DNA of 63,963 nt, the filler included, from a candidate division TA06 bacterium SM23_40 (GTDB lineage: Bacteria; LJUI01; SM1-40), in NCBI GenBank assembly GCA_001303705.1. It is 5 parts of 5 records of this genome, joined end to end, with 100 filler letters (N's around TTAATTAATTAA, not from the genome) between each part and the next. Parts side by side here need not be neighbours in the genome. Positions count along the whole stretch, not along the records: positions 26,235 to 39,098 come from LJUI01000071.1; 4 more parts are not named here. One strand, 5' to 3'. Below, piece after piece: positions 28,149 to 37,902 of the stretch (positions are counted from its first letter, which is position 1; every line of letters begins with the position of its first letter). The position numbers and the translations under genes are program-made. The notes beneath the pieces are model-generated. The model worked only from the letters and a program-made list of their open reading frames with translations. It searched no databases and was not told the origin of the DNA.

Positions 28149-29854
28149 TCTGAGATTCCTTCCTCCCGCCACGTCCGTGGCATTTCTTCCTGCCAGTCGA
28201 AAGGTAAGCAGCCTCCGGGGGAGAGTGTTTGCGTCAGCACGTCGCTCTGGGCTTCCGTGTGGAATGTGGAACCCAAGAAGGTTCCATTGACGACGTCGAA
28301 GCTGAAAGACGCACTATCCCAGATGGATGACATCGAAGTTCCGATCTTCCCGATATACAGGTACGTGCCGAGAGGAGCTCCTTGCGGCACCAGATGACTA
28401 ACCTCGAGCGTGACAAACGAGTCGGCAGGGGCCACGAATTGCGTTGGAGTAAGTGCGGGCACGAGCGGCCCCTCCGGAATTCTCACCGCGGCTGCGAACA
28501 GGCCCTCATGATCCTCTTCTGTGATATTACTCATCTGGGCAGCATACGTGAGTTCCTCACCTCGAAGGAGCACGGTCGAGGTGGGGAAGAGATCGAGGAG
28601 TACGAGTGGTGGCGCCTCCAGCTCCCAGGGATCGAAGTCGATATGGCTTCCGACGCTCTCTCCCTGGCCTCGCGGATTTGACAGCTGATGATATGGCCCT
28701 GTGGAATCGCCCCACCAGTTACCGGTGGCATCGACATCATCGAGGACCGGGAGCCAGTTGTACACGGCGTCGCCGTCGTTTTCATATAGAACGCAGTTGT
28801 GTATGTGATTGCCGCCGGCACAGACGACGCCTCCTATCGACGATCCGGACGCATTGTGTGAGATGCGGCTGGCATCGAGGTTCAGGTTACCCTGCGAGAA
28901 GATGGCTCCCCCGCGCTGGCCGACCCGGTTGTCCGTAAAGACCGTGCCATTCACTATCACGGTGGACGTAGCATCACTGTACAGACCACCACCATTCCTG
29001 GCACTATTGGCGACAAACTTGTTGAGGATGAGTGTCACCGAGCTGGTGTCGGTGATCCCCATCCCTCCACCCCGATCCACGGGACTCACGTTCTCAGCAA
29101 ATCCGTTCCGCTCGATCAACACGGAGGTGGATCGGACAATACTCGCCCCTCCTCCGAGGACGGCCGCGTTGTTGCTGATCACGTTGTCACGTATGATAGC
29201 GCTGCCCTCTTCGACAGCGATGCCACCGCCGCGGCAGGTCGAATGGTTGCCTCGTACGGCATTCTCCACAATGAGCGGTGCTGCGCCCACACCGACGTAT
29301 ATCCCGCCCCCGGACTCGAACGCCCCATTCCATCGGATCTGGTTTGCGATTATTGAGGGCGAGCCCCCGAGACAGGCAATACCACCGCCGCTCATTGTAC
29401 CTGGAGCGGCGTGGAAGACGGTATTCTTCATGATGATGTTGTTCCGAATGGTGGGCGAGGCATCGATACACAAAATGCCCCCTCCGAACGAGTCGGGGGA
29501 GGCTGGGGAACCGCCTCTGATCATGAACCCCTCGATTACGGTGATGCTATCCGATCCCTCACAGTACAGGACCCTGCCGAAGCCATGCGCCCGGATGCAG
29601 GTCACCTCTGGCCCGGCTTCGCTTGTCAGGTAGACTCCGTTGCGGACAGCTATGTCATGCTCATGGTAGACGCCCGGCGCCACCAGTATCGTATCGCCGT
29701 ACATCATCTGTTCCATTGCGTCGGCGATCGTTGGACTGTCACCGGGCACACGTATGATTGTGGCATGAATCGCTGGGAAAGAACAACAGATGACCGTGGC
29801 TACGCTAAGCACCACAGTGCGCAGAGATATCGCTTTTCCCTGGCACGGCTGCAT
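28145..29854 (-). CDS. Secreted right-handed parallel beta-helix protein with C-terminal Ig-like domain
   Basis: Signal peptide, IRVPGDSPTIADA...GDTILVAPGVY, GGGIxC and N-ladder repeats, DATGNWWG...GPYH; start taken at MQPCQ. Confidence 0.88.
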   Translation of the reverse strand: MQPCQGKAISLRTVVLSVATVICCSFPAIHATIIRVPGDSPTIADAMEQMMYGDTILVAPGVYHEHDIAVRNGVYLTSEAGPEVTCIRAHGFGRVLYCEGSDSITVIEGFMIRGGSPASPDSFGGGILCIDASPTIRNNIIMKNTVFHAAPGTMSGGGIACLGGSPSIIANQIRWNGAFESGGGIYVGVGAAPLIVENAVRGNHSTCRGGGIAVEEGSAIIRDNVISNNAAVLGGGASIVRSTSVLIERNGFAENVSPVDRGGGMGITDTSSVTLILNKFVANSARNGGGLYSDATSTVIVNGTVFTDNRVGQRGGAIFSQGNLNLDASRISHNASGSSIGGVVCAGGNHIHNCVLYENDGDAVYNWLPVLDDVDATGNWWGDSTGPYHQLSNPRGQGESVGSHIDFDPWELEAPPLVLLDLFPTSTVLLRGEELTYAAQMSNITEEDHEGLFAAAVRIPEGPLVPALTPTQFVAPADSFVTLEVSHLVPQGAPLGTYLYIGKIGTSMSSIWDSASFSFDVVNGTFLGSTFHTEAQSDVLTQTLSPGGCLPFDWQEEMPRTWREEGISE

Positions 29855-30061
29855 CCTCGATCCCCCGGGACGTACCAGTCGCAGCGAGAGAGCCACATCT
29901 CGCAGCGACACCGCAGTAGGCAAACTCGCAGTCCCGCCCCTCCGATCCCGAGGCTTGCTCACACGCGCTGACGGCCGCACCAACGGAGGAGCTAAGTGGC
30001 CCTGAATAAATCACATCTGCTGTCGCCAGTGCTCATGTCGCGGTTGTCATCACGGAGAAGG

Positions 30062-30090
30062 ATTTTAGCATAGAGCTTTCAGTCTGTCAA
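30062..30090 (-). promoter_or_regulatory. sigma70 promoter with extended -10
   Basis: TTGACA-17 nt-TAAAAT with TG at the extended -10 position. Confidence 0.75.
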
Positions 30091-30261
30091 GGGTGTTCTG
30101 CCCGCGGACAGGGCAGAAACAGAGCGCCCGCTTGGGGGAGAACTGCAGCATAATGCAGCGGCTGGTTCGGTATGAGCGGGTCGGGTCGTGCCCAGAGAGA
30201 ACCGGCAGCAGACGTACGGTGGCTTGAGCGCAGCATCAGTATGTGTCAGTGAAGTTCATAG

Positions 30262-30657
30262 TCAGATAACGGAGGGAGTACGCTCTTTCCAATCATCTTC
30301 CCAGACCGGGTGGTCGCCTAACCGTACTGAGAATCGAGGCCCCCCCGTGGTGACTACCCTCGATACTACCTCCCATATCCTGTCTTCCACGCTCCGAAGG
30401 CGATTTCTGTAGTCATCCCTCACTGCAACCATGAAGTGGCGCGGGAAGCCGGGGCCGCTCTCCGCAGTTGTCATGGTGATCCACGGCTCGCCGAGGAGCT
30501 GGGTCTGGGCCTCTATGATGGTAGTACGTCCTGCCTCCTCGCCCAGGTACACATAGATGGTGATCAGCTCTGAGGTGTCAGGCAATGAATCCCTCCTCCC
30601 GTCTGAACCAATCCGGCTCCGTGAGTGAGGCATCTGTACTCTCCCGCGGATCCGCAC
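30262..30657 (-). CDS. Hypothetical protein
   Basis: 131-aa ORF co-oriented with the cytochrome genes; no motif; start uncertain. Confidence 0.4.
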   Translation of the reverse strand: MRIRGRVQMPHSRSRIGSDGRRDSLPDTSELITIYVYLGEEAGRTTIIEAQTQLLGEPWITMTTAESGPGFPRHFMVAVRDDYRNRLRSVEDRIWEVVSRVVTTGGPRFSVRLGDHPVWEDDWKERTPSVI

Positions 30658-30693
30658 ACCGGTCGGCTCTCTGGCCAGTGGAGCGCACGGGCG

Positions 30694-31404
30694 TCACAGG
30701 GTCGATAAGTATGCTATCAGCTCGTCGATCTCCTTCTCAGTGAGCGAGGCTCTGAAAGATGGCATGTTCCCGAACGGGTTGATCAGCTGCTGCCTGATAT
30801 TCTCTGGTGTCGCCGGCCTTCCGCTCTGAGGGAGCGTTTCCCTCGTAAGGACTTCTCTCAGTCCGGGGCCCAGTTTCCCCTGATCGCTGTCGGCATAGTG
30901 GCAGTAAGAGCACTTGCGAGCGAAAAGCATCCGACCGTTCTCCACCTCAGGAGAGAGGCGGGATGCGGCACCTTCCTGTGGGGGTGTCGGTTGGCCGCCC
31001 GCCCCGACAAGGAAGAAGTACCCTGCAGAGGTGGTGTAGACCACGAATGCGAGGACGAATACGGCCAGCCCCAGGGAGGGGACGAATCTCATGAACTCCC
31101 GGTAGAACCGGACGATGGCGATCTTGAGGACGAGGACGATGAATAGAGTGAGAGCCAGTACTCCGTGAAAGACCGCTCTCACGGATAGCCCTTCGCCCGC
31201 CATCTTGACGTATGCAAGACAGAAGTAGCTGATGACGAGGAGCAGTACGAGGAAGATGCCGCCGAAGATCTTGTGGAGACGCCTTAACACGACTGGACTC
31301 ATCTTCCTCTCGGCTCTGCCCATCAGAGCTAGCATTAGGATCACGGCCACCAAACCAGCGGCCAAAAAGACCGTCGCCAGTATCGACTTGGACAGCAGTG
31401 CCAT
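30694..31404 (-). CDS. Four-TM membrane protein fused to a C-terminal class I cytochrome c
   Basis: Four hydrophobic helices with His (RRLHK, VFHG), CSYCH, GPGL, MPSF, EIDELIAYL. Confidence 0.88.
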   Translation of the reverse strand: MALLSKSILATVFLAAGLVAVILMLALMGRAERKMSPVVLRRLHKIFGGIFLVLLLVISYFCLAYVKMAGEGLSVRAVFHGVLALTLFIVLVLKIAIVRFYREFMRFVPSLGLAVFVLAFVVYTTSAGYFFLVGAGGQPTPPQEGAASRLSPEVENGRMLFARKCSYCHYADSDQGKLGPGLREVLTRETLPQSGRPATPENIRQQLINPFGNMPSFRASLTEKEIDELIAYLSTL

Positions 31405-31442
31405 CTATCCCTCCGCTGCGCCTTTTCCACTCTTACCGGGGT

Positions 31443-31874
31443 CTATTCCTCTATCGGCGCTGGCTTCACGGATGCCACGTACGCCGTGAGGTCAGCGAGT
31501 TTCTGGTCGTCCCAGGCGAGCGCCTCGCCCTCCAGGGGATTGACGATGCACCAGTTGTTTACCTGGCTCAGAGTCATGACGCGCGTTGCCATGCCGAAGT
31601 ACTTGGGATACTTCGAGCCGAGGTCATCAAAGGCGCGAATGGTCATATCCCCCATCTTGCCACCCTTTGTGCCCCCTTCCATGTGGCAGGAATTGCAGGT
31701 CATTCCGCTCGTTCCCAGGCTCTCGTCATAGAAGAGCTCTTTGCCGTGCTCTACCGATGCCGCGAGCTCTGCCGTGGGGTCGACCTCCATAGCCTCCTCT
31801 TCCTGTTTTGCGCAGGCAAACATGATGAGGGCCAGAAGCACGAATGCCGAGATGATCACCGTAGCCTTCTTCAT
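31443..31874 (-). CDS. Monoheme cytochrome c lipoprotein (TsdA/SoxA-domain-like)
   Basis: Lipobox MFAC, GKELF, CNSCH, YPKY, TLSQVNNWCIVNPLEG, LTAYV. Confidence 0.82.
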   Translation of the reverse strand: MKKATVIISAFVLLALIMFACAKQEEEAMEVDPTAELAASVEHGKELFYDESLGTSGMTCNSCHMEGGTKGGKMGDMTIRAFDDLGSKYPKYFGMATRVMTLSQVNNWCIVNPLEGEALAWDDQKLADLTAYVASVKPAPIEE

Positions 31875-32142
31875 CGGTTTTGCCTCCTTTCATGGGCGAC
31901 ACGATCGTGCAGTTCTCCCGGAGCCTCACCCTCCTTCAGCGACGGACCCGGCGTCCCGAGGTGTCGATGTCAGGAGCTCGACGATGGCATCATTCGTCTC
32001 AATCTACGGCGCCTAATCTAAACTCAGACAAAGCACGCAACTGCCGATGTTGAAATGATATCCGATTCCGGGGACCTGTCAAGCGCAAAGTACAATTGCG
32101 CCGCTTCATCCTACATGGTTCCCAGCTGCGCGTCTGTGTGAT

Positions 32143-32883
32143 CTATGTCACGATTGCCGATGCGGTCTGATCGAACGGATTTGTCCGCATGGCCAGAGAG
32201 AAGAGATAGGGGTAGTTGTCCCTGAGGTACTTCATATAGTCGAGCCACTGCCGGACCAAGAGCACATAGGCTCTCTTGATATCACCGGCGATGTGTGCGT
32301 GGTCAGTGTCGGGCAACGCCCCCAGGTCGTCCCTGTGGGCCAGTTCCTCTGTCAGATGAAAGACTGCGCGGAGGAGGTCGGTAAATGCCTCGTGTTCAAG
32401 GAGATTGGGATTCTCCAACAGGCGCAGCAGGAAATCCCTTCTGTCAATGAGAAAGGTCCGCAGGTCCTGCAGGTTGACCTGCCTGATCTCAACTCCATAA
32501 TCATATTTCCCGAGGCGTCGTCGGACATCGGCAAACTCTCTCTCGGGCCAATCGCTCTGCACGACGAGGTCATTCTTGATCCGGTCCAGATTGGGATCGA
32601 AGTCTGAGAAATAAGCCAGCGCTCGGGTCCCCACCTCGCTGAAGAACGTCCCGATGACCATATTGAGTTTCTCCAGCCGGGCGCGCCGCTCTCGCTCGCT
32701 CAGGAGACGGTGTATGATCAGCGTCACGAGCAGGACTTCGACCGGCACAAATGCAACGTCTCCCACCATGTAGATGAATATATGGTGCGCATCGTGGAAC
32801 ATCGTGTAGTGAAGGATGTACAGGACTGCAGAGAGCAGTACGAGGCTCAGGCCCAGCACAATCTGCCAACGGAAGCCTCTCAT
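32143..32883 (-). CDS. Uncharacterised membrane-anchored protein
   Basis: Two N-terminal TM helices, KLNMVIGTFFSEVG, LLENPNLLEHEAFTDLLRAVFHL, YPYLFSLAMRTNPF. Confidence 0.85.
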   Translation of the reverse strand: MRGFRWQIVLGLSLVLLSAVLYILHYTMFHDAHHIFIYMVGDVAFVPVEVLLVTLIIHRLLSERERRARLEKLNMVIGTFFSEVGTRALAYFSDFDPNLDRIKNDLVVQSDWPEREFADVRRRLGKYDYGVEIRQVNLQDLRTFLIDRRDFLLRLLENPNLLEHEAFTDLLRAVFHLTEELAHRDDLGALPDTDHAHIAGDIKRAYVLLVRQWLDYMKYLRDNYPYLFSLAMRTNPFDQTASAIVT

Positions 32884-33177
32884 GGTATGGCACCCTCCTG
32901 TTGAATGGCCGGGTGGCGCTCCGAGTATCCAATGGCACCCGCCGCATCGAGCGGACCGGCTGACTCAGTACCATCCGCCACGCGGTGAAGACGGTCGTGC
33001 ATCGCGCACGACACGCCCAGCGCTGATATGGCTAGGGCACCTCCTCTCGCTAGCGATAACCGCGTTGACTCCGACGCTGTTCCCGATCACGGGATAGCCA
33101 GGACATTCTCCGGGGGCTGGCCCGACCCGGATCTCTCTCCTGGACAGGAATCTCCCTATGGGCTCAGGATTACGAGA

Positions 33178-33206
33178 ACTATAGCGACCAGAGCTATGGC
33201 GGTCAA
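33178..33206 (-). promoter_or_regulatory. sigma70-type promoter, leftward member of a divergent pair
   Basis: TTGACC-17 nt-TATAGT. Confidence 0.55.
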
Positions 33207-33255
33207 GGGGGAATCGAGTCTGGCGCGTGTGGAGGACCACGCGCCCAAAAGGAGC

Positions 33256-33285
33256 TTGACACGCCGTACGTGGCTGATCTACCAT
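33256..33285 (+). promoter_or_regulatory. sigma70-type promoter for the CDF gene
   Basis: TTGACA-18 nt-TACCAT. Confidence 0.55.
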
Positions 33286-33333
33286 CCTGCGACCCCCGGC
33301 CTCACTGCTTGGCCGGTCGGAGGAAGGAATTCG

Positions 33334-34557
33334 GTGGACAGAGGCGAGAAGGTTGCAATCCTGGCCGTTGTCGTCAACCTGCTTCTCTTTGGCCTGAAAT
33401 ACATCTTTGCAGAGCTTTCCGGCAGCATCGGCCTGAAGGCGGAGGCTTTCGATTCACTCTCGGACGTGGTGGCATCGGCCACGGTCTTCGGAGGTCTGAA
33501 GCTGGCGAAACGCAAGACGGATCTCTTTCCGTATGGGCTGTACAAGATGGAGAACCTCGTCGCCGTCCTCGTGGCGTTCGCCATCTTCTTTGCAGGCTAC
33601 AAAATAGTAGTGGAGGCTACGACGGAGAGGCCTGCCTCACTGCAAAATGTGGGGTGGGCGGTAGCGAGCGTCGTCTGCGCGATAGTGATCGCGTACGGAT
33701 TCTCGCGATACGAGGCGAGGGTGGGCAGGGAGATCAACTCGCCTGCTCTGACGGCTGATGCGGCTCATATCAGCATCGATGTGTTCGCGCACGGCGTAGT
33801 GCTGGTGGGGCTACTCTCGAGCCTTGCGGGTATCAACCTCGACAGGATCGCCGCGTTCGTCGTCGTACTGTTGATCTTCTGGGCCGGCGGCAGAATCTTT
33901 CTGAGCGGCATCAGGGTATTGCTGGATGCCTCCCTGGACTACAAGACGCTGAGGCTGGCCGAGGAGTTGATATCGCGAGAGGCTGAGGTGATCCAGATCC
34001 AGGACCTCGTGGGGCGGAGTTCCGGACGCTATACCTTCATCGAGGCCAACATCGTGCTGAAGACGCGCGACCTTCATGAGGCGCATTCGGCGGCGGACCG
34101 GATCGAGAAGAGCATCAAAGAAGAGATAGCCAATGTCGACAAGGTTCTCATTCACTATGAGCCCATGGAGAAGGAAAACCTCGTATATGCCGTGGCTCTG
34201 GACGACGTCGACGGGCAACGTCTGTCCGATCACTTCGGAGATGCTCCTCACTTCATGCTGGTGACGGTGCGGGCGAAGGATAAGCAGGTGATCGACGAGC
34301 AGATTGTCGAGAATCCCTTCGTCGGAGTAGAAAAAGGGAAGGGGATATTAGTCGCCGAGTTCCTGGAAAGGCAGGCTGTCGACGTCTTCCTCGCAAAACA
34401 GCCGTTCAAGAGCAGAGGCCCTGCATATGTCTTTTCCGCTGCCGCCATCGATATCCATCAGACAGATGAGGAGACGGTGGAGAAGGCCTTAGAAGGTCTC
34501 GGGATCTCTGTCAGCAGCCTCGATGCAAGTCATCAGGGGCGCTCGGAAGACGACTGA
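33334..34557 (+). CDS. Cation diffusion facilitator fused to a NifB/NifX-like domain
   Basis: SIGLKAEAFDSLSD, FPYGLYKMEN, ADAAHISID, VLIHYEP, then SDHFGDAPHF...KGKGILVAEFL; GTG start with SD. Confidence 0.9.
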   Translation: MDRGEKVAILAVVVNLLLFGLKYIFAELSGSIGLKAEAFDSLSDVVASATVFGGLKLAKRKTDLFPYGLYKMENLVAVLVAFAIFFAGYKIVVEATTERPASLQNVGWAVASVVCAIVIAYGFSRYEARVGREINSPALTADAAHISIDVFAHGVVLVGLLSSLAGINLDRIAAFVVVLLIFWAGGRIFLSGIRVLLDASLDYKTLRLAEELISREAEVIQIQDLVGRSSGRYTFIEANIVLKTRDLHEAHSAADRIEKSIKEEIANVDKVLIHYEPMEKENLVYAVALDDVDGQRLSDHFGDAPHFMLVTVRAKDKQVIDEQIVENPFVGVEKGKGILVAEFLERQAVDVFLAKQPFKSRGPAYVFSAAAIDIHQTDEETVEKALEGLGISVSSLDASHQGRSEDD

Positions 34558-34846
34558 TGAGGACCGGCGAATGATGGGTGAGCATGGGGGTCGTCTGAGA
34601 CAGGATCTTGTGCTCCTCTCCATGCTCGCGCTCGAGAAATCGGTGAAGTCGAATGCAGGCCTTCTGTTGTCCGGACGAATCCGAGAGGCGTTCGTCCTGA
34701 AAGTGGGCACGGCCGATAGGTTGACTTTGCGGCATGGCGATCGTGGCGGTGGCGGGGTAGTGTGGCGCTATCAGAAGTGAGAGTCTGACCTGAGGTAGCC
34801 GGAAGATGAGTCTGTCAGGCTGAAATAGGAGAGGGGGCGAAGAGCG

Positions 34847-35803
34847 ATGAAAAAGGAACTCAAGACTCTGCGGTGGAGACCGCGGTGGGTCACCCACCTC
34901 GGCTGTATTAAAGGATGTCTCGAGTACCTTGGTGTGGACGTTTCCGATGCATGGGTGTTCGGGGCGACGGGGCATGCGTTCGTCCTCAACATACACGATG
35001 TAGTCTGCCCGAGCGGTCCAACCGCCTGGCGCACGGAGATGCTCTTCAAGTTGGGGAGGAATATCGGGTACACTACGGACGGAGTTCTCGGCTTCAAATC
35101 GGAGAGTGACTTCGCAGAGAAGCAAGAGCAGGCCTGGCAGCATGCCAGGAGCTCGATAGATGCTGGCATACCATGCTATGGCTGGGAGCTCGACGTGCCG
35201 GAATACTACGTTGTCTATGGATACGACGATGAGGGGTATTATTTCTCGGGCCCGCTTTGTGATGAGAGCAAGAACCCCAAGCCGTGGAAGGAGCTCGGGG
35301 ACACCGAGATTGGCGTACTGGAGATGTACAGTATAAAGAAGACCGAGCCCACCGATGATATCACTGTGGTCAAGCAGGCGCTCGAATTTGCGCTGGAGCT
35401 CGCAGACAGCCCGTCCAAGTGGATATTGCCCAAGTACAGGGCCGGTCTCGGAGGATTCGACAACTGGATGCATGCCGTACAGGGCGGCACGGCCCATGGC
35501 TTCGGGATGGCCTACAATGCCGCGGTCTGGGGAGAGTGTCGCGAGTTCGCGGTGGACTTCCTGAGAGAGGCTAAGGAACGGATCGATGGCACGGTCGGTT
35601 CAGCGTTTGATGAGGCATTAGGTCACTACGAAGTGGTGGCAAAGAACCTGCACGCGCTCGCTGAAGCATTTCCATTCCCCCCGAAAGGGGAGGAGATCGA
35701 GGACGAAGATCGCCGAGCTCATGCGCTGAAACACTTGAAAGACGCTCGGCAGGCAGAGGAATCAGGATTACGCGCACTTCGCAAGATTATAGAGCAGCTC
35801 TGA
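34847..35803 (+). CDS. Hypothetical protein, BtrH-N/C39 papain-like fold suspected
   Basis: THLGCIKGCLEYLG...GATGHAF...SIDAGIPC...EYYVVYGYDDEGYYF; SD present. Confidence 0.7.
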   Translation: MKKELKTLRWRPRWVTHLGCIKGCLEYLGVDVSDAWVFGATGHAFVLNIHDVVCPSGPTAWRTEMLFKLGRNIGYTTDGVLGFKSESDFAEKQEQAWQHARSSIDAGIPCYGWELDVPEYYVVYGYDDEGYYFSGPLCDESKNPKPWKELGDTEIGVLEMYSIKKTEPTDDITVVKQALEFALELADSPSKWILPKYRAGLGGFDNWMHAVQGGTAHGFGMAYNAAVWGECREFAVDFLREAKERIDGTVGSAFDEALGHYEVVAKNLHALAEAFPFPPKGEEIEDEDRRAHALKHLKDARQAEESGLRALRKIIEQL

Positions 35804-35814
35804 GGAGAATGATC

Positions 35815-37659
35815 TCATAGCGGACCCATCATCCTCCGTCGCTCCCCCAGGAGTACAACATCCCGCAGGGCCTCCTCACTTCTGGCAGCCATCCACCTCT
35901 GTTCGAAATGGGGATCACGTACTATCTGCGCTATCGCCGCCAGCGCGCGGAGATGAAAGTTACGTTCATCTTTCGTTCCGACGAGAACGAAGACAGCGTG
36001 AACGTCCGGTGCCGATTTGGAGAATTCAGCTCCTTCCCTGCAACGAGCCATCAGGATCTGAAATGTGCGCTCTCCCTCGATGATGATGTGCGGGATCGCG
36101 AGGTGGGGCGTGAGTGCGGTACTGCTCTCCTTCTCTCTCTCCTGAAGGAATCTGAACAGAGTATCTGCCTCGACATGTAGATTCGGCGCCATCTTATCGG
36201 CGGCCAGCCAGAATAGGTCTTCTGCTCCCATCCGCTTCTCGATATCCAGAACGATACCCCGCTCAATCACACTATCGAATCGGTCACCGACGAGATCATC
36301 TCGTTCTCTGATGATCTCTTTCAGCTCAGTCTCGAGCGAATGAGTGGTGAGTTCTCGTGCCGTGATCCGCTCGACGAGATGGAGGAGTGCATACTCCCTG
36401 CCTGTCCTGATTCTTCCATAGAACCAATAGACGAACAGACCGCCGATGACGATAATGAGGCTGGCGAAGAGTGCCTCTCTGCCCATGCCGAAGAGAAGGA
36501 CGCCGAAGCCGATGATCCCGATGATCTGTATCCAGGGATAGAGGGGTGCGCGGAAGAGCGGCTGGTAGTTCTGGAGACGGCTCTCCCTCAGGATGATCAT
36601 CGAGAGACAGGCGAATAGATAGGTGAGGATGAGGACAGTCGAGGCTACCTTTACGAGGACGTCCAGCCGCAGAAAGAGCACCAGGATCGTGAACGCGCCC
36701 GTGACTGAGAGCGAAACGTACGGCGTCCTGAACCTGCGCCCGATCCTCTGGAGGAATTCGGGGAGGAGCCCGTCTCTGCTCAAGGCGAGCGGGTATCTGG
36801 AGGCGGCCATGATCCCAGCGTTGGCTGCAGAGATGAACGCAAGAATGGCGGCGATGCTCACGAGGATCCTGCCCCATGAACCCATGAATGCGGCCGCTCC
36901 ATCGGAGATGGGGGTGAGGGAATTGTCGAGGTTTGCGGCGCCGAGGACTCCGGTCGTTACGAAGACGACCACTATGTACAGAAGGCTCACGACAAGGAGG
37001 GTGAGGATCATCCCGAGGGGTATGACCCGCCCGGGCTCCTTTATCTCTTCCGCAACGCTCGCAACCTTCAACAGACCTCCATACGAGACAAAGACGAAGC
37101 CCGCAGTGGAGAGTATGGCAAGGGCGCCTCTGGGAGCAAACGGTTCGAAGTGATGGAGCTGCACCGCGGGCAGGCCGCGAGCAGCATACAGCAGCAGGAC
37201 AGCGAGGACGCCGGCTACGAGAATCACCTGCGTTCTGCTGGCCACGCCGATTCCGAGGAGATTGATCGCGACGAATGCAAGACAGAAGAGCAGAGCCACG
37301 ACGTGCATGTCGATGGCCACGAATTGAGACACAACCGCGCCCAATCCGACCAATGCGAGCGCGCCCTTCAGAGAAAGGGAAAACCACATGAGGAGTCCGT
37401 CAGCCGTACCGACTGCGGGCCCCATTGTGCTTCTGACGTAGAAGTACGTCCCTCCGGCCTTGGGCATCGCTGAGAGCAGTTCGGCTTGGCTCAGCATTCC
37501 CGTGATCGCCAGGAGCCCGGCCAGAAGGTACGATACGAAGACGGCAGGGCCGACCTGGGCGTGGGCCAGCCCCGGGAGCACAAACAGCCCTGAACCGATC
37601 ATGGCCCCAGCGGCCAGGGAGAAGACATGGAGCAGACTGAGCTCTCTTTCGAGTTTCAT
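35815..37659 (-). CDS. APC-family amino acid permease fused to a PTS EIIA domain
   Basis: GAMIGSGLFVLPG, AMPKAGG, AEEIKEP, about 12 TM helices; C-terminal EREKESSTAL...AIPH...HLRALAAIA. Confidence 0.92.
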   Translation of the reverse strand: MKLERELSLLHVFSLAAGAMIGSGLFVLPGLAHAQVGPAVFVSYLLAGLLAITGMLSQAELLSAMPKAGGTYFYVRSTMGPAVGTADGLLMWFSLSLKGALALVGLGAVVSQFVAIDMHVVALLFCLAFVAINLLGIGVASRTQVILVAGVLAVLLLYAARGLPAVQLHHFEPFAPRGALAILSTAGFVFVSYGGLLKVASVAEEIKEPGRVIPLGMILTLLVVSLLYIVVVFVTTGVLGAANLDNSLTPISDGAAAFMGSWGRILVSIAAILAFISAANAGIMAASRYPLALSRDGLLPEFLQRIGRRFRTPYVSLSVTGAFTILVLFLRLDVLVKVASTVLILTYLFACLSMIILRESRLQNYQPLFRAPLYPWIQIIGIIGFGVLLFGMGREALFASLIIVIGGLFVYWFYGRIRTGREYALLHLVERITARELTTHSLETELKEIIRERDDLVGDRFDSVIERGIVLDIEKRMGAEDLFWLAADKMAPNLHVEADTLFRFLQEREKESSTALTPHLAIPHIIIEGERTFQILMARCREGAEFSKSAPDVHAVFVLVGTKDERNFHLRALAAIAQIVRDPHFEQRWMAARSEEALRDVVLLGERRRMMGPL

Positions 37660-37785
37660 GCCAGCCTACCTGTGTGAGATCCGCGTGGCGGTCGTCGTTC
37701 GCGTTTCGAAAACCAGCGGTGCACGCCAGCATCGGTGTGGACCGTGCAGGTGAGCATCGCTGTAGTCCCCGCAGGGAGACGCCCT

Positions 37786-37821
37786 GGAGGGGCGCATCTC
37801 AAGGAGGGGCGCATCTCAAGG
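37786..37821. repeat. Perfect 17-bp tandem duplication GGAGGGGCGCATCTCAA x2
   Basis: Read directly, upstream of the permease gene. Confidence 0.85.
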
Positions 37822-37902
37822 GCGAGATGTCGTCACGACGACATGTCGCTTGCTGGAGGTTTCGCTCCCGGCAGAGACGGACAATCTCTGCGTGTTTGGG
37901 CC

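Noticed and set aside
34571-34780. Small ORF between the CDF gene and 34847
   Set aside because: Possible SD but no motif; insufficient support.
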